Part shown: positions 51,182 to 61,336 of the stretch, piece after piece
How the letters are laid out: the number at the start of each line of letters is the position of its first letter
How positions within the stretch are numbered: position 1 is the stretch's first letter
Assembly: GCA_902475595.1 (NCBI GenBank)
Contig: CABRZT010000002.1
Location: 13,211 to 77,210 of the forward strand
Origin: an uncultured Collinsella sp.
Lineage (GTDB): Bacteria; Actinomycetota; Coriobacteriia; Coriobacteriales; Coriobacteriaceae
Direction of reading: 5' to 3'
DNA: 64,000 nucleotides
Position numbers and translations under genes: made by a program
Notes under the pieces: generated by a model
The model's input: only the letters and a program-made list of their open reading frames with translations
Told to the model about the DNA's origin: nothing
Databases searched by the model: none

Positions 51182-52093
51182 CTAGCCCGTTACGTAATAC
51201 CAAACAACGTTGTCGCCATTGGAGAGAACGTAGTTACTGCAGGCCGTCATGGGCGTTGCGCCGTTGACGGAGTACATCCAGCCGCTCGTGCCGCCGTGCT
51301 GTTTCTCGGCCAAACCATCAATCGCGGAAACATACGTGCCGTACGACGAGCCGTGTGCGTTGACAGAAAGGCCCAGCGCGCACAGGGCATCGTAAACGGT
51401 AGCGCCTTCGTTAAAGGTAAAGGTGCCACCAGAGGACACAGGATTGCCTACAGCGCTCGATGTGACCGAAACCGTCACCGTAACGTAGTTGGACTCCTGC
51501 GAGCCGCTTTGGCTGCCCGAGGAGGCGTTTCCACCATTAGAGGATGAGGCTCCATCAGACGACTGGCCACCGCCCGAAGAAGCACCGCCAGACGCATTGG
51601 AAGTATCACCGGCTCCCGTATTTTGGGCAGCGGATTTATCGCCAGACTTCTTGCCGCCCCGGTCCTCGGACTTCTTGCTATCCGAGTTTTTGTCCGATTC
51701 CTTGTTTGAAGACTCGGAATCGTCCTTGGCGTCGTTCGAACCCTTGGACTTGTCTTTTGCATCATTCGATGACTTGGAGCCCTCGGAACTGGCCTCGCCC
51801 GAAGTCGTAGTCGAGCCAGACGCCTTGGTGTCCTTGGTGACGACGCTCTCCCCCGTCACGGTCTGAACGATCCAGTCGATGGACCAGGCGCCGCTCTCGG
51901 AAGGATGGACGAAGCCCAGCGAGACGACGATCAGAATGGTGCACGCGGCGGTCAGGACGCCAGCAAGCGCCTTCCGCCGAGGGGCGGACGCCGCCGAAAC
52001 GGCGCCCTGTTGCTTTGCATCGTCGAACTGAATGAACGAGGAATCTGGTTGCTTGGGGTCAGCGTCCTTGGATTTATTGGACACAGCCCTCAC
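51182..52093 (-). CDS. Membrane-anchored DUF4430 (transcobalamin-like) domain protein
   Basis: N-terminal TM, S/K/D/G low-complexity stalk, C-terminal GATVYDAL..YVSAIDGLAE..SGWMYSVNG..GDNVVWYY. Confidence 0.85.
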   Translation of the reverse strand: MRAVSNKSKDADPKQPDSSFIQFDDAKQQGAVSAASAPRRKALAGVLTAACTILIVVSLGFVHPSESGAWSIDWIVQTVTGESVVTKDTKASGSTTTSGEASSEGSKSSNDAKDKSKGSNDAKDDSESSNKESDKNSDSKKSEDRGGKKSGDKSAAQNTGAGDTSNASGGASSGGGQSSDGASSSNGGNASSGSQSGSQESNYVTVTVSVTSSAVGNPVSSGGTFTFNEGATVYDALCALGLSVNAHGSSYGTYVSAIDGLAEKQHGGTSGWMYSVNGATPMTACSNYVLSNGDNVVWYYVTG

Positions 52094-55000
52094 CTACCGA
52101 CGTTTGGTGAACACGAACACGCCGACGATGGCGAGTCCGATGACGCCGGCGGCAACGCCAACAATGGCGAGCGGATTGGTGCCAGTCTCCTGCTCGGAAG
52201 CACCAGAGGGCTTCTTAGCAGTGGTCGTGGAAGCAGCGCCCGTATCGGACTTGGAATCGGACTTCTTGTCGGACTTGCTGTCCTTCTTGTCAGACTTCTT
52301 GTCAGACTTCTTCTCGTCCTTCTTATCGGACTTATCGGAGTCCTTCTTGTCGGACTTGTTGTCCTTGGTCTCGGTCTTGGTCGACACCGTCGTCTTGGTC
52401 ACCGGCTTCTGACCCGGGGCGACAGCGCCGCCAGCCTGCTGGCCCTTCGTGCCGGAGCCGGAACCCGTGCCAGCGCCAGCACCGGAACCGTTACCAGCGC
52501 CACCATTGCCGCCATTGGAGCCAGAACCGCCATTGCCGCCAGGGTTAACGGCATTCTTGGTCCACTTGGCATACAGCGTCAGATCGGCCGTCACCGGCGT
52601 ACTGAAGTCATACGCCTGCGTGCAAGCCTCATCGGTATACCAACCGCCGAAAGTGCAGCCATCGCGCGTCGGATCGGCCGGCTTGACCAGCTTGCCATCG
52701 GCCGTAGCAACAAACTTAGTGTCGCAAGCAGACCCGCCATTGGAATTAAAGGCAACCGTCCAAGACTCAACGGCCCCAAGCTTGAACAGCGTGCCCGAGT
52801 CGTTGATGTAGTACAGGTTGCCAGATGCATCGGCAATGACCGGAGAGTCACAGTACTGGTAATGGCCAGCCGCATCATAAATCTGCGTCGCCTCTGCATC
52901 GCCGAGCGTATAGCGATACACGCCACCACCAGCAGAGTAGTTGACGTAATCCTTGCTATCCGCGCTGTTAACGGTGAAGTACACATAGGTCTTGCCACCC
53001 TGAACACTCACCAGCGGAGTAGCGGCAATACCGTTGAGGCCAGCCGGCAGCGCCTTGCCGTCAGCAGCAGCGACCATCGTGGTCTTACCCGTCTTCAGGT
53101 TATAGAGAACCAGAGCAGAGCCCGTAGCCGTCTGTCCGCCGACAATCAGATTGTCACCAGACACCGCAGGGGCGCTCAGATTATTCGTAAGGCCCAGATC
53201 AATCGTCTTCTGTTCACTCAGCACGCCCTTCGCCGAAAGCGAAATCACATGGAGCTTTCCATCGTGCGTCATCTGATAGAAGGTCGAACCATTGGACGGA
53301 TCGGCAATGCAATCGGCATTTGCGACAGTGCCGAGCTTCATGGTCGAAACGACATCGCCCGTCGTCTTATCAATGCACTTAAGCGTACCCGCGCTCGTAG
53401 GAACGATGGCATACTTATCCGTCAAAGCCGCACCAGTCCAGTAATAGCCCTCGGAAGCGTCAATGTTCTGCCAAGAGACTTCGCCCGTGGCAATCTTGAT
53501 ACGCTTAAGGGAGCCGTTGCCGTAGGTCGCGTTGTAGTTCTCGTCATACGAAATATCGACCGTACCAACATAGACGTACTCGCCGTCCGAAACGACGGTG
53601 CAGGAGCTCTGCGTCAAGTCCGTCAAACCGGGCGTCAGCCACTTGCAGATCAGCTTGTCTGCAGTAATCGCCTGGACCGCACCGCCGTTGAGCGGAACGA
53701 TGATAAGGCCATTGGTGTAGATCGGACGAGAGGTATAACTCACCTTGGAGGCAAGCGGCGCAGAGGCAACCTTTTTGCCCGTGGACGAATCGATCTTAAT
53801 GAGCTCGTTCTCGGTCGCGATGTACACAAAGCCGTTAGCGATGACAGGCTCGCTGCAGTTGGCATACTGCTGGCCAGACTCGGCCTTCCAATCGAAGGCC
53901 CACTTAAGACCGGCGGCCTGCGCAGGCGTCTTGGCATCCGTTACGGTCGAACCGTTGCCACTGTTGCCGTAGCCGGCCCACTCGACATCCCAATCAGGAG
54001 TCGTCGCACTCGGGTCCACGACAATCTTGTCGGGATCGGGCATGGGCGAATTATCGGTGGTGTAGGCAAACGTAACCTTGTCGCCGCTCTTGAGCGTGAC
54101 CTGGTTGGCGCAGAGAGATGAGGGCTCTCCGTTGATATACAGATGCCAATATTTATTGGTCGCACCATCCCAGCCATACGGCTTGTGATCGAACGGCGAA
54201 GTAATGGAATTGAGGAACCAGTAAGCACCATTCTGGGAGGCGTTGTAATCAACGCCCTTCGCCTTCAGAACCGCCTCAATAAGGTCTTGGGCCGTAGAAC
54301 CTTCGGGCAGGGAAACATTGCTTGCCGAGCCCCAGCGAGTATTGTTGCCGTTGACATCGGGGCCGATAACATCGACAGACCCAAGAACCTGGCCAGGAAG
54401 GGCATCGGCGTCAGCACCATACATAAAGGTGATGGCATCGCCCTCTTGGAGCTCGTAGGCACCGGCGCCAACGTCGGCGAACTTGCCATTTACGTAGAAG
54501 CGCCAATAGCTATTGGTCGCAGCATCCCAGCCATAGGACTTACCATCGAACGGCGAATAAATGCCGTTGAGGAACCAGCCCCAAGACGATTCGCTAGCAT
54601 CAAGCTTAAGGCCGGTCTGCTCAAGGAGATCCTTAGCAGTGGAGCCTGCCTTGAGACTCGTCTGACCCGTCGAAGCCCAAACCCGCTGCTTGCCGTCCTT
54701 ATCCTTACCGAGAACCTGAACAGAAGCATGGACAGAATCGGAGGGCAGCTGGTCGCCCCAGCCACCGTAGAACCACGTAACGGTATCGCCGGCATGGATG
54801 GTGACATTGTCCGCCGTATAGTCACTCGACTTGCCGTTGATGAACAGCTGCCAATAGGTCGAATAATCTTGGGGCGTACCCAGCTCAACACCGTTGTACT
54901 TAAGGCTCAGAATGAAGGAGCCCGCAGCAACGGCGTCAATGTCGTTCGCCTCGAGTGCGACCTTCGTAAGATCAAGCGCGCTCGAGCCGGACGTCACCAC

Positions 55001-55963
55001 ATACTGCGCGTTATCGACCCAAGCCTGAGTCTTGCCCTGGGCATCGCGACCAATGACGGTCACATTTGCGGCAACCTGGTCCTTAACGACAGGGGACGCG
55101 CTACCAGCCGTATAGGCAAACTCAACCTTCTGCCCCTGGGTGAGCTTAACGCTGCTCGCGCCAACCGAGGAAGACGCACCGTCGACGAACAGCTGCCAGA
55201 AGGCATAAGTCGTCGGATCGAAGGCAAGCGTGCGGCCATCGCTCGGGGATGTGATGCTTTCGAGGTAGAAACCGTATGCCGTGTTCGGATCGTACTTCGC
55301 CTTGAAGCCCGTCTTCTCCTGCAGCTTAATGAAGGCATCCGCAGCCGTCGCGCCCTCGTCGAGCTTGAGCTGCGTAGGTGCCACCCAGGTCTGAGCCTTG
55401 CCGTCGGCATCGGTACCGATAATCGAGAACGAGACCTCGACTTGCTTCTTGGCGACATCGCCGGTTTCTGTCGGGTTCTCTGTCTGGACGACAGCCGCGG
55501 TGGCAGATCCCGCTTGGCCAGCGGATGCCGTCGAAGACTGCTCGCTCGTGGCAGGGCTCTCCCCCGTCGCCGAGCCTTCGTCGCCAGTTGCTGCCTCTGT
55601 TGTGGCGGCACTAGCTGCAGGCGCGCTCCCGGAATCCGAAACCTCGGCCTTGCCCTGGTCAGCAGTACCGTCCGCGGCCCCCGCGCCCTCACTCGGCGTC
55701 GCAGTCTGAACCACAGCCTCGGCAATGCCCTCGGCGCCCTCGGCCCACAGCTGAGCCGGCGTGGTGCCAAAGGCCATCGCGAAGGCCAGGAATGCCACCA
55801 GGCCGCGCTTGGCTACGCCGCGTGCAATCGCGCCACGGCGATGCAGCGAGGCGCGCTCGTGCTCGTCCTCAAACATATCCATTTGTCCCCCATTGTCTGT
55901 ACTTGGAGCATTGCCCAGCGGCTGCCCCACGTCATCGCGCATGTTACGCTCGAGTTCCCCCAT
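52094..55963 (-). CDS. Large surface protein: 4x DUF4430, PQQ-like beta-propeller, InlB B-repeat, C-terminal TM anchor
   Basis: Four ~110-aa repeats with W.L(F/Y)(V/I)(N/D)G...G(D/Q).(V/I).(F/W).Y; propeller-type blades (IDSSTGK, IDKTTGD); FNSNGGS..PTRDG.TFGGWY..LTLYAKW; hydrophobic tail plus KRR. Confidence 0.85.
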   Translation of the reverse strand: MGELERNMRDDVGQPLGNAPSTDNGGQMDMFEDEHERASLHRRGAIARGVAKRGLVAFLAFAMAFGTTPAQLWAEGAEGIAEAVVQTATPSEGAGAADGTADQGKAEVSDSGSAPAASAATTEAATGDEGSATGESPATSEQSSTASAGQAGSATAAVVQTENPTETGDVAKKQVEVSFSIIGTDADGKAQTWVAPTQLKLDEGATAADAFIKLQEKTGFKAKYDPNTAYGFYLESITSPSDGRTLAFDPTTYAFWQLFVDGASSSVGASSVKLTQGQKVEFAYTAGSASPVVKDQVAANVTVIGRDAQGKTQAWVDNAQYVVTSGSSALDLTKVALEANDIDAVAAGSFILSLKYNGVELGTPQDYSTYWQLFINGKSSDYTADNVTIHAGDTVTWFYGGWGDQLPSDSVHASVQVLGKDKDGKQRVWASTGQTSLKAGSTAKDLLEQTGLKLDASESSWGWFLNGIYSPFDGKSYGWDAATNSYWRFYVNGKFADVGAGAYELQEGDAITFMYGADADALPGQVLGSVDVIGPDVNGNNTRWGSASNVSLPEGSTAQDLIEAVLKAKGVDYNASQNGAYWFLNSITSPFDHKPYGWDGATNKYWHLYINGEPSSLCANQVTLKSGDKVTFAYTTDNSPMPDPDKIVVDPSATTPDWDVEWAGYGNSGNGSTVTDAKTPAQAAGLKWAFDWKAESGQQYANCSEPVIANGFVYIATENELIKIDSSTGKKVASAPLASKVSYTSRPIYTNGLIIVPLNGGAVQAITADKLICKWLTPGLTDLTQSSCTVVSDGEYVYVGTVDISYDENYNATYGNGSLKRIKIATGEVSWQNIDASEGYYWTGAALTDKYAIVPTSAGTLKCIDKTTGDVVSTMKLGTVANADCIADPSNGSTFYQMTHDGKLHVISLSAKGVLSEQKTIDLGLTNNLSAPAVSGDNLIVGGQTATGSALVLYNLKTGKTTMVAAADGKALPAGLNGIAATPLVSVQGGKTYVYFTVNSADSKDYVNYSAGGGVYRYTLGDAEATQIYDAAGHYQYCDSPVIADASGNLYYINDSGTLFKLGAVESWTVAFNSNGGSACDTKFVATADGKLVKPADPTRDGCTFGGWYTDEACTQAYDFSTPVTADLTLYAKWTKNAVNPGGNGGSGSNGGNGGAGNGSGAGAGTGSGSGTKGQQAGGAVAPGQKPVTKTTVSTKTETKDNKSDKKDSDKSDKKDEKKSDKKSDKKDSKSDKKSDSKSDTGAASTTTAKKPSGASEQETGTNPLAIVGVAAGVIGLAIVGVFVFTKRR

Positions 55964-56025
55964 CGGGGTCCCCCTTCCCTCCAGAGCCCTATGCACACCG
56001 GCGGCATACGCCGCAGCCGCATGCA

Positions 56026-56198
56026 AGATGGGAGGCGATCCGACTTAACCTTAACGGCTCAGGCGCGTCGTCCGATCTGCGACGCGAACATCCCGAGCCA
56101 AGAGGAATTACGGTTACTGGTACAGCCGGGGACTTGCACCCCGATTCTCCCAAACGCGCAGGAAAACCGCGCGTTCGTGCGTCTCCGCACCACCATCT
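56026..56198 (-). ncRNA. Cobalamin riboswitch
   Basis: Minus strand: AGATGGTGGT..GGGAGAATCGGGGTGCAAGTCCCCGGCTGTACCAGTAACCGTAA..AAGTCGGATCGCCTCCCATCT; P1 closure, GTGCAA T-loop hairpin and B12-box-like 3' end. Confidence 0.82.
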
Positions 56199-56313
56199 AG
56201 GCCATCGATTATTACCGTCAAAATGGTATCACGCAAAAGGGCCCCGCACACAGGCGAAGCCCAAGGTAAAAGCTATTGTTTGCGATAGGAAAATGCGGTG
56301 ACGGTCGCAGCCT

Positions 56314-58077
56314 CTAGTGTTTGCCGCCGTGGCTGTTGAGCCAGATATTGCGGCCCAGCATAAGCGCCAGCACCAGCGCGCTCACGTAGCCCATAAAGCC
56401 AATGACCGGGATACCAAACACAACCGGCTCGATGCGTGCGTAGTACACCACCGACGAACCGATAAACAGGCCGGCGATAACGATAGCCATCGACATGCGG
56501 TCGATAATTCCGCCCAGCTGTCGCAGCGCCTTATCGCTGCTCATGATCTGCGTGTTCACCTTAAGCTGGCCGCGTGTGAGCATGCGCGAAGCCAAGCCCA
56601 GATACTCGGCCGCCTCGAGCGAGCCCTTCGCCGCGCGATAACTGCTCGCTGCAAAGTCGCGGCTCATCTCGCGCATGCGGGCGTAGGTGCTCTTCTCGTT
56701 TTTGATGTGCGTCTGGATGATCTGGATCATGTTGACGTTGGGCATGTACTCGGTCAGCAGGCCCTCGAGCGTCACCATGCCGCGGGCGAACATTGTCACC
56801 ACGCTCGGCAGCTCAACGTCATTTTTGCGCGCGAGGTTTAACAGCGAGGTCAAAAACTCACCGATATCTAGGTCCTTAAGGTCAAGGCCCGCAAAGTCAG
56901 CCACGATAAAGTCCAAATCGGACAAAAAGGCCGAATGGTCAAGCTCGGCCGAATCGCCGCGCGTCACGGCAAAGCGCATGAGCGAATCCTTGAGCTTGGG
57001 CACGTCACCCTCGGCCACGGCGAAAATCATGTCCTTGACGATACCGCGATCGTGACTCGACATGCGTCCGACCATGCCCAAGTCGATAAAGTAGACAATA
57101 CCGTCCTTGAGAATGATGTTTCCCGCATGCGGGTCGGCATGGAAAAAGCCGTCATCGAGCACCTGCGTCGAGTAGTCCTCGACGATTGCGGCACCAATCT
57201 TTTCCAAGTCATAACCCTCGGCCACCAAGCGTTCAGGATCGGCGATCGAAATGCCGTCGACGTAGTCCATAACCACCACGTGCTCGGTGCACAGGTCCAG
57301 ATAGGATTTAGGGCACGTCACGCCATGAACGCTCTTATGGAACTCGTAGAAGTCGTTGAGGTTTTTGGCCTCGGCCAAAAAGTTGGTCTCCTCGCGAAAC
57401 GAGGTCCACAACTCCTCGACTACGCCGTGCAGGTCAACGAATTGATCGGTGTTGACGAACTTGGAAACGATACGCACCACCGAGCGGATGATATCGATGT
57501 CCTGCGCCATAACCTGCTGCGCACCGGGGCGCTGCACCTTGACGGCCACATCCTCGCCCGTCACCAGACGAGCGCGGTGCACCTGCGCGAGCGATGCGCT
57601 ACCAAGCGGATTGGGATCGATCGCATCGAACATCTCCCCCAGGCGCAGGCCGTATTCTTCCTCCAGACAGCGAAGCACTACCTCGTACGGCACCGGCTCC
57701 ACGTCGGAGCGCAGACGACGCAGCTCGTCGCAAAAGCGTTGCGGCAGAATCTCGGACCGGTTGGCCAGAATCTGCCCCATCTTGACGAACATAGGGCCGA
57801 GTTCCTCGAGCAGGCGGCGCAAACGAACCGGCGTGAGGTTATCCCACACGCGGTACTTTTTGACCAGGCGAACAATCTGCCCAATGCGTTCGCGACGACC
57901 CGCCGGCGTGAGCTGGTATTCCTCGTCCGGTGCCATCGCGTCGGGCTCCTCGGGCACCATATCGACAGCGCGTGGCTTCTTGCGAGCGCCCGAGACGGCA
58001 GCGTCGACCTCATCGACAACCGCCGCCTCGTCACCCAGAGGATCTAGATTGTTGTAATCGGTGGTGGAATCTGCCAT
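56314..58077 (-). CDS. AarF/UbiB (ABC1) atypical kinase
   Basis: GPMFVKMGQ, SASLAQVH, VAVKVQRP, FHADPHAGN, IDLGMVG; C-terminal TMs. Confidence 0.92.
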   Translation of the reverse strand: MADSTTDYNNLDPLGDEAAVVDEVDAAVSGARKKPRAVDMVPEEPDAMAPDEEYQLTPAGRRERIGQIVRLVKKYRVWDNLTPVRLRRLLEELGPMFVKMGQILANRSEILPQRFCDELRRLRSDVEPVPYEVVLRCLEEEYGLRLGEMFDAIDPNPLGSASLAQVHRARLVTGEDVAVKVQRPGAQQVMAQDIDIIRSVVRIVSKFVNTDQFVDLHGVVEELWTSFREETNFLAEAKNLNDFYEFHKSVHGVTCPKSYLDLCTEHVVVMDYVDGISIADPERLVAEGYDLEKIGAAIVEDYSTQVLDDGFFHADPHAGNIILKDGIVYFIDLGMVGRMSSHDRGIVKDMIFAVAEGDVPKLKDSLMRFAVTRGDSAELDHSAFLSDLDFIVADFAGLDLKDLDIGEFLTSLLNLARKNDVELPSVVTMFARGMVTLEGLLTEYMPNVNMIQIIQTHIKNEKSTYARMREMSRDFAASSYRAAKGSLEAAEYLGLASRMLTRGQLKVNTQIMSSDKALRQLGGIIDRMSMAIVIAGLFIGSSVVYYARIEPVVFGIPVIGFMGYVSALVLALMLGRNIWLNSHGGKH

Positions 58078-58085
58078 CTGCGCTG

Positions 58086-58502
58086 CTACTCGGCCTCTTC
58101 GGTATCCTTCGCATCGTCGGGCTCAACGGACTCGACGGGCACCGAGGTCACGTTGTCCTCGACCGAATCGACGATGTCGCGCACATGGGCCAGGAAGGCC
58201 GTACGCTCGGGCGCAGTCATAACGCGGACGCGAGCCAGAATGAGCTCGTCGAGCACGCGTTGGGCCGCGGTCTCGCCCTGCATGCCCAGACGCTCGGTCA
58301 GGTCGGAGATGGTACCGCCGGCCTGCTCGAACATGTCGGACACACTGCGGGCGATATCGGGGGTGGCGGTGTCCTTGCGGACCTGCTCGCCTTTGGTATT
58401 AAGGTCGTCGAGGACCTTCTTGCCGCCTTCAACAGCAACGGCGGCAGCGCCAAAGCCCACGTTAATGGCGCCGTTAACAAGCTGATCGAGTTTCATAACC
58501 AT
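58086..58502 (-). CDS. Phasin-like small helical protein
   Basis: GFGAAAVAVEGGKKVLDDLNTKGE pattern; directly upstream of the AarF gene. Confidence 0.6.
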   Translation of the reverse strand: MVMKLDQLVNGAINVGFGAAAVAVEGGKKVLDDLNTKGEQVRKDTATPDIARSVSDMFEQAGGTISDLTERLGMQGETAAQRVLDELILARVRVMTAPERTAFLAHVRDIVDSVEDNVTSVPVESVEPDDAKDTEEAE

Positions 58503-58601
58503 GGTTGTCTCCAATCACAAACAACTGCATTGGCGTTCTTGTACCCAAGATTGAGTGAAAGCGACAAAGCGTTTTAGCACTATTCGATCGACGGGAAATC
58601 C

Positions 58602-60125
58602 CTACCTCACGTTGTCGTTCATCGCGAAAGAGTTCTTCATGGCGCAGCTCGTGGTGTAGAGCACCTTGCCCAGCAGGGCATCGGTCTCCACGCGCACAAG
58701 CTCGGCAAAGGCCTCGTTGGCGCGTGCAAGCTCGGCAGGCACCTCGGCCTCGGGTAGCGCGGCTACGGCAGCATCGACGTCATGGATCTGCTTGTGGCCC
58801 ATGCCACCGACCTTCTCCTGATAATCCTCGACCGCGCGACCGCACTCATGGAAGCGGACGTCGGCCAGGGCGCCGATCAGGCGGTTGGCCCAGTAGAAGT
58901 TTTCGGACGTCACGCGAGCCTGCGTGTCGGCATAGTACTCGGGCATGGTCTCGACGTTGGCGTACAGCGGGACCAGCGCGTTAAACGAGTTGGAGCCAAA
59001 GGCCATCCACTGCACGGCGCGATACGCCGGCTGCGCATAGGGGCGCAGCTGCAACACGGCGAGCTGGCTGTTGCGGTTGATGCCGATGGGGCGATAGGCG
59101 CCGCGCGTGGCGGGCGTGCCCTTACTGCCGTAGCAGTCGTACTCCGTGCCCTGGTAGTGGCTCGAGAGTACGTACTTAATGTCCTCGATGGTCACCTTGC
59201 GCTCGGGCACACGGCTCCAGGGGATGTCGTCGCTCTCGGGCGTGTAGTCGGCGTCGGGGCCGTCCCACACATCGCTGGGGTTGAGGCAGCGCTGCATGTA
59301 CCAGGCGCGCGGCGTGTTGTAGACGTGGTCGCTGTCGCTGTGCGAGCCAAAGGCCTCGCGCGGGTTAAAGACCGTCGCCGGGCCGTCGCCCTCGACGCCC
59401 AGCGTCAAGTCCAGATGCCACTCGGCCATCCAGGCGCGCAGGTCGGCGGAGCACATGTGGTCGGCCTGGTCGCCCTCGGCGTCGTCCAGGTCAAAGCTGT
59501 CGATACCCAGCTGGTTAGGCATGGTCACATAGGCGTCGTCGGGCACGCGCTTGGCGATCCAGTGATGGCCGCCGATGGTCTCGAGCCACCAGATCTCGTC
59601 CACGTCGCTAAAGGCGATGCCGTTGTTCTCGTAGGTGCCGTAGCGCTCGAGCAGGTCGCCCAGGATACGGACGCCGTCGCGGGCGGACTTGGCATACGGC
59701 AGGACCAGGGTCACCATGTCCTCCTCGCCCAGGCCACCAGGCTGCGCCGGCACATAGCCGTCCTCACCCTCGTTGCCCTTGGCGGGCACGTAGTCCACGA
59801 GCGGATCGGCGCCGCGAACGCGCTCGTTGGTGGTGAGCGTCTCGGTTGCGGACATGCCAACATTGAGCTCGTTGAAGCCCGCCTCGGCCCAAATGCCGTG
59901 ACCGGGAATAACATCGGGGACGCTCGTGTAGCGCATGGGATTATCGGGCAGTTCAACGGTCAGGTGACTCAGGACGCTCGTGTAGACGCGCGGCTGCTCG
60001 TCGGGATGCACTACGCGCATGTGCTTGGGCTCAAACACCCCGTTGGACGAGTCCTCGTTACGCGCGACCAGGGTCGACCCGTCGTAGCTCGCGTTCTTAC
60101 CAACCAAAATCGTTGTGCACGGCAT
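58602..60125 (-). CDS. C69 family dipeptidase (PepD-like, Ntn hydrolase)
   Basis: MPCTTILVGKNASYDGST..ARNED, MSATET, YNTPRAW. Confidence 0.92.
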   Translation of the reverse strand: MPCTTILVGKNASYDGSTLVARNEDSSNGVFEPKHMRVVHPDEQPRVYTSVLSHLTVELPDNPMRYTSVPDVIPGHGIWAEAGFNELNVGMSATETLTTNERVRGADPLVDYVPAKGNEGEDGYVPAQPGGLGEEDMVTLVLPYAKSARDGVRILGDLLERYGTYENNGIAFSDVDEIWWLETIGGHHWIAKRVPDDAYVTMPNQLGIDSFDLDDAEGDQADHMCSADLRAWMAEWHLDLTLGVEGDGPATVFNPREAFGSHSDSDHVYNTPRAWYMQRCLNPSDVWDGPDADYTPESDDIPWSRVPERKVTIEDIKYVLSSHYQGTEYDCYGSKGTPATRGAYRPIGINRNSQLAVLQLRPYAQPAYRAVQWMAFGSNSFNALVPLYANVETMPEYYADTQARVTSENFYWANRLIGALADVRFHECGRAVEDYQEKVGGMGHKQIHDVDAAVAALPEAEVPAELARANEAFAELVRVETDALLGKVLYTTSCAMKNSFAMNDNVR

Positions 60126-60206
60126 GCGCATCCTCCTTGAGCGAAGAAATCAAACGATAACAGTGTATCGCTTCGGCGCAGAAAGGGCGAAACCACGGCG
60201 CTGGCA

Positions 60207-60447
60207 ACCCCTGTGGTCAAAAAATGCCAAATATGAGTACTGTCACTAATTTAGTAACAGCAATTTTGCTACGCATGGGTGTCGAAAGTCTACATTTGTT
60301 CAAAAATTAGATGATGTACTTCCCCATAGGCCCAATAAAATAGGCTCTCTATCGATAATAAATATCGTTAGAGAGCCAAATTAACCTAAAATATATGTGA
60401 CTATCTTGGCAACAGTACTCATATTTGGCATTTTTTGTCCACGGGGT
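60207..60447. mobile_element. AT-rich MITE-like element with long terminal inverted repeats
   Basis: 26-bp perfect IR CAAAAAATGCCAAATATGAGTACTGT with imperfect extensions; internal hairpin GGCTCTCTA..TAGAGAGCC. Confidence 0.6.
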
Positions 60448-60479
60448 ATAGAACTAACCCCTCAAACAGCCCAAAACGC

Positions 60480-61334
60480 CTATTTCAATGCGCGCTCGGC
60501 CGCTTCGATCACGTGTTTGGCGAGGACCGCCGTCGTCACAGCTCCCACGCCGCCCGGCACGGGCGTGATGGTGTCAACAACCGGCTCTGCAGCATCAAAA
60601 TCAACGTCCCCGACCAGCTTGCCAGCGGCCTCGTCCCAGTTAATGCCAACATCAATGATCGTCTGGCCCTCGCGAACCGCGTCCACACCAATCGTGTGCG
60701 CGCGCCCAACGGCCGCAACCACAATATCAGCCGCACGGCACTCGGCAGCAAGGTCGCGCGTATGCGTATGGCACGTCGTCACGGTGGCATTGCGCGCCGT
60801 AAGCATGGCGGCAACGGGACGCCCGATCACCAGCGAGCGCCCGACCACAGCAACCTTAGCTCCATCCAGCTCAACGCCGTAATGATCCAGCAAAGCAAGC
60901 ACGGCTTCGGCTGTGCAGGGGGCAAAACCCTCGCCGCGCCCCGAAAGCGTGGTGAGCAGCGAAGCCGGCGTCATGGAGTCAACGTCCTTGGCGGGATCGA
61001 GCACTGCGGCGACGGCGTTCTCGTCAAGGCCGGCGGGCAGCGGGCGGAACATCAGGCAGCCATGAACAGCCGAATCGGTATTGATGTCCTCGATGGCCGT
61101 CAACAGCTCGTCCTGCGAAACATCGGCAGAAAGCAAAACGCGACGAGCCTCAATCCCCACTTTTTCGCAGCGCTTGAGCGCACCGCGCTCGTAGGATAGG
61201 TCGTCCTCGCGTTCACCTACACGCACGATAGCCAACGTCGGAACAACGCCCCGCTCGCGCAGGGCTGCGCAGCGAGCAGCAAGTTCCTCAGTCAAAGCGC
61301 GAGCAACGGGAGCACCCTTCAGCAGTTCAGTCAT
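60480..61334 (-). CDS. folD: Methylene-THF dehydrogenase/cyclohydrolase
   Basis: KDVD, PCT, VGRSLVIGRP, IDVGIN, GDVDF, TPVPGGVG. Confidence 0.95.
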   Translation of the reverse strand: MTELLKGAPVARALTEELAARCAALRERGVVPTLAIVRVGEREDDLSYERGALKRCEKVGIEARRVLLSADVSQDELLTAIEDINTDSAVHGCLMFRPLPAGLDENAVAAVLDPAKDVDSMTPASLLTTLSGRGEGFAPCTAEAVLALLDHYGVELDGAKVAVVGRSLVIGRPVAAMLTARNATVTTCHTHTRDLAAECRAADIVVAAVGRAHTIGVDAVREGQTIIDVGINWDEAAGKLVGDVDFDAAEPVVDTITPVPGGVGAVTTAVLAKHVIEAAERALK

Positions 61335-61336
61335 GG

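Noticed and set aside
51905..56200. 738-aa and 685-aa plus-strand ORFs opposite the surface protein
   Set aside because: Antisense shadows with R/V/L/G-rich composition and no domains.
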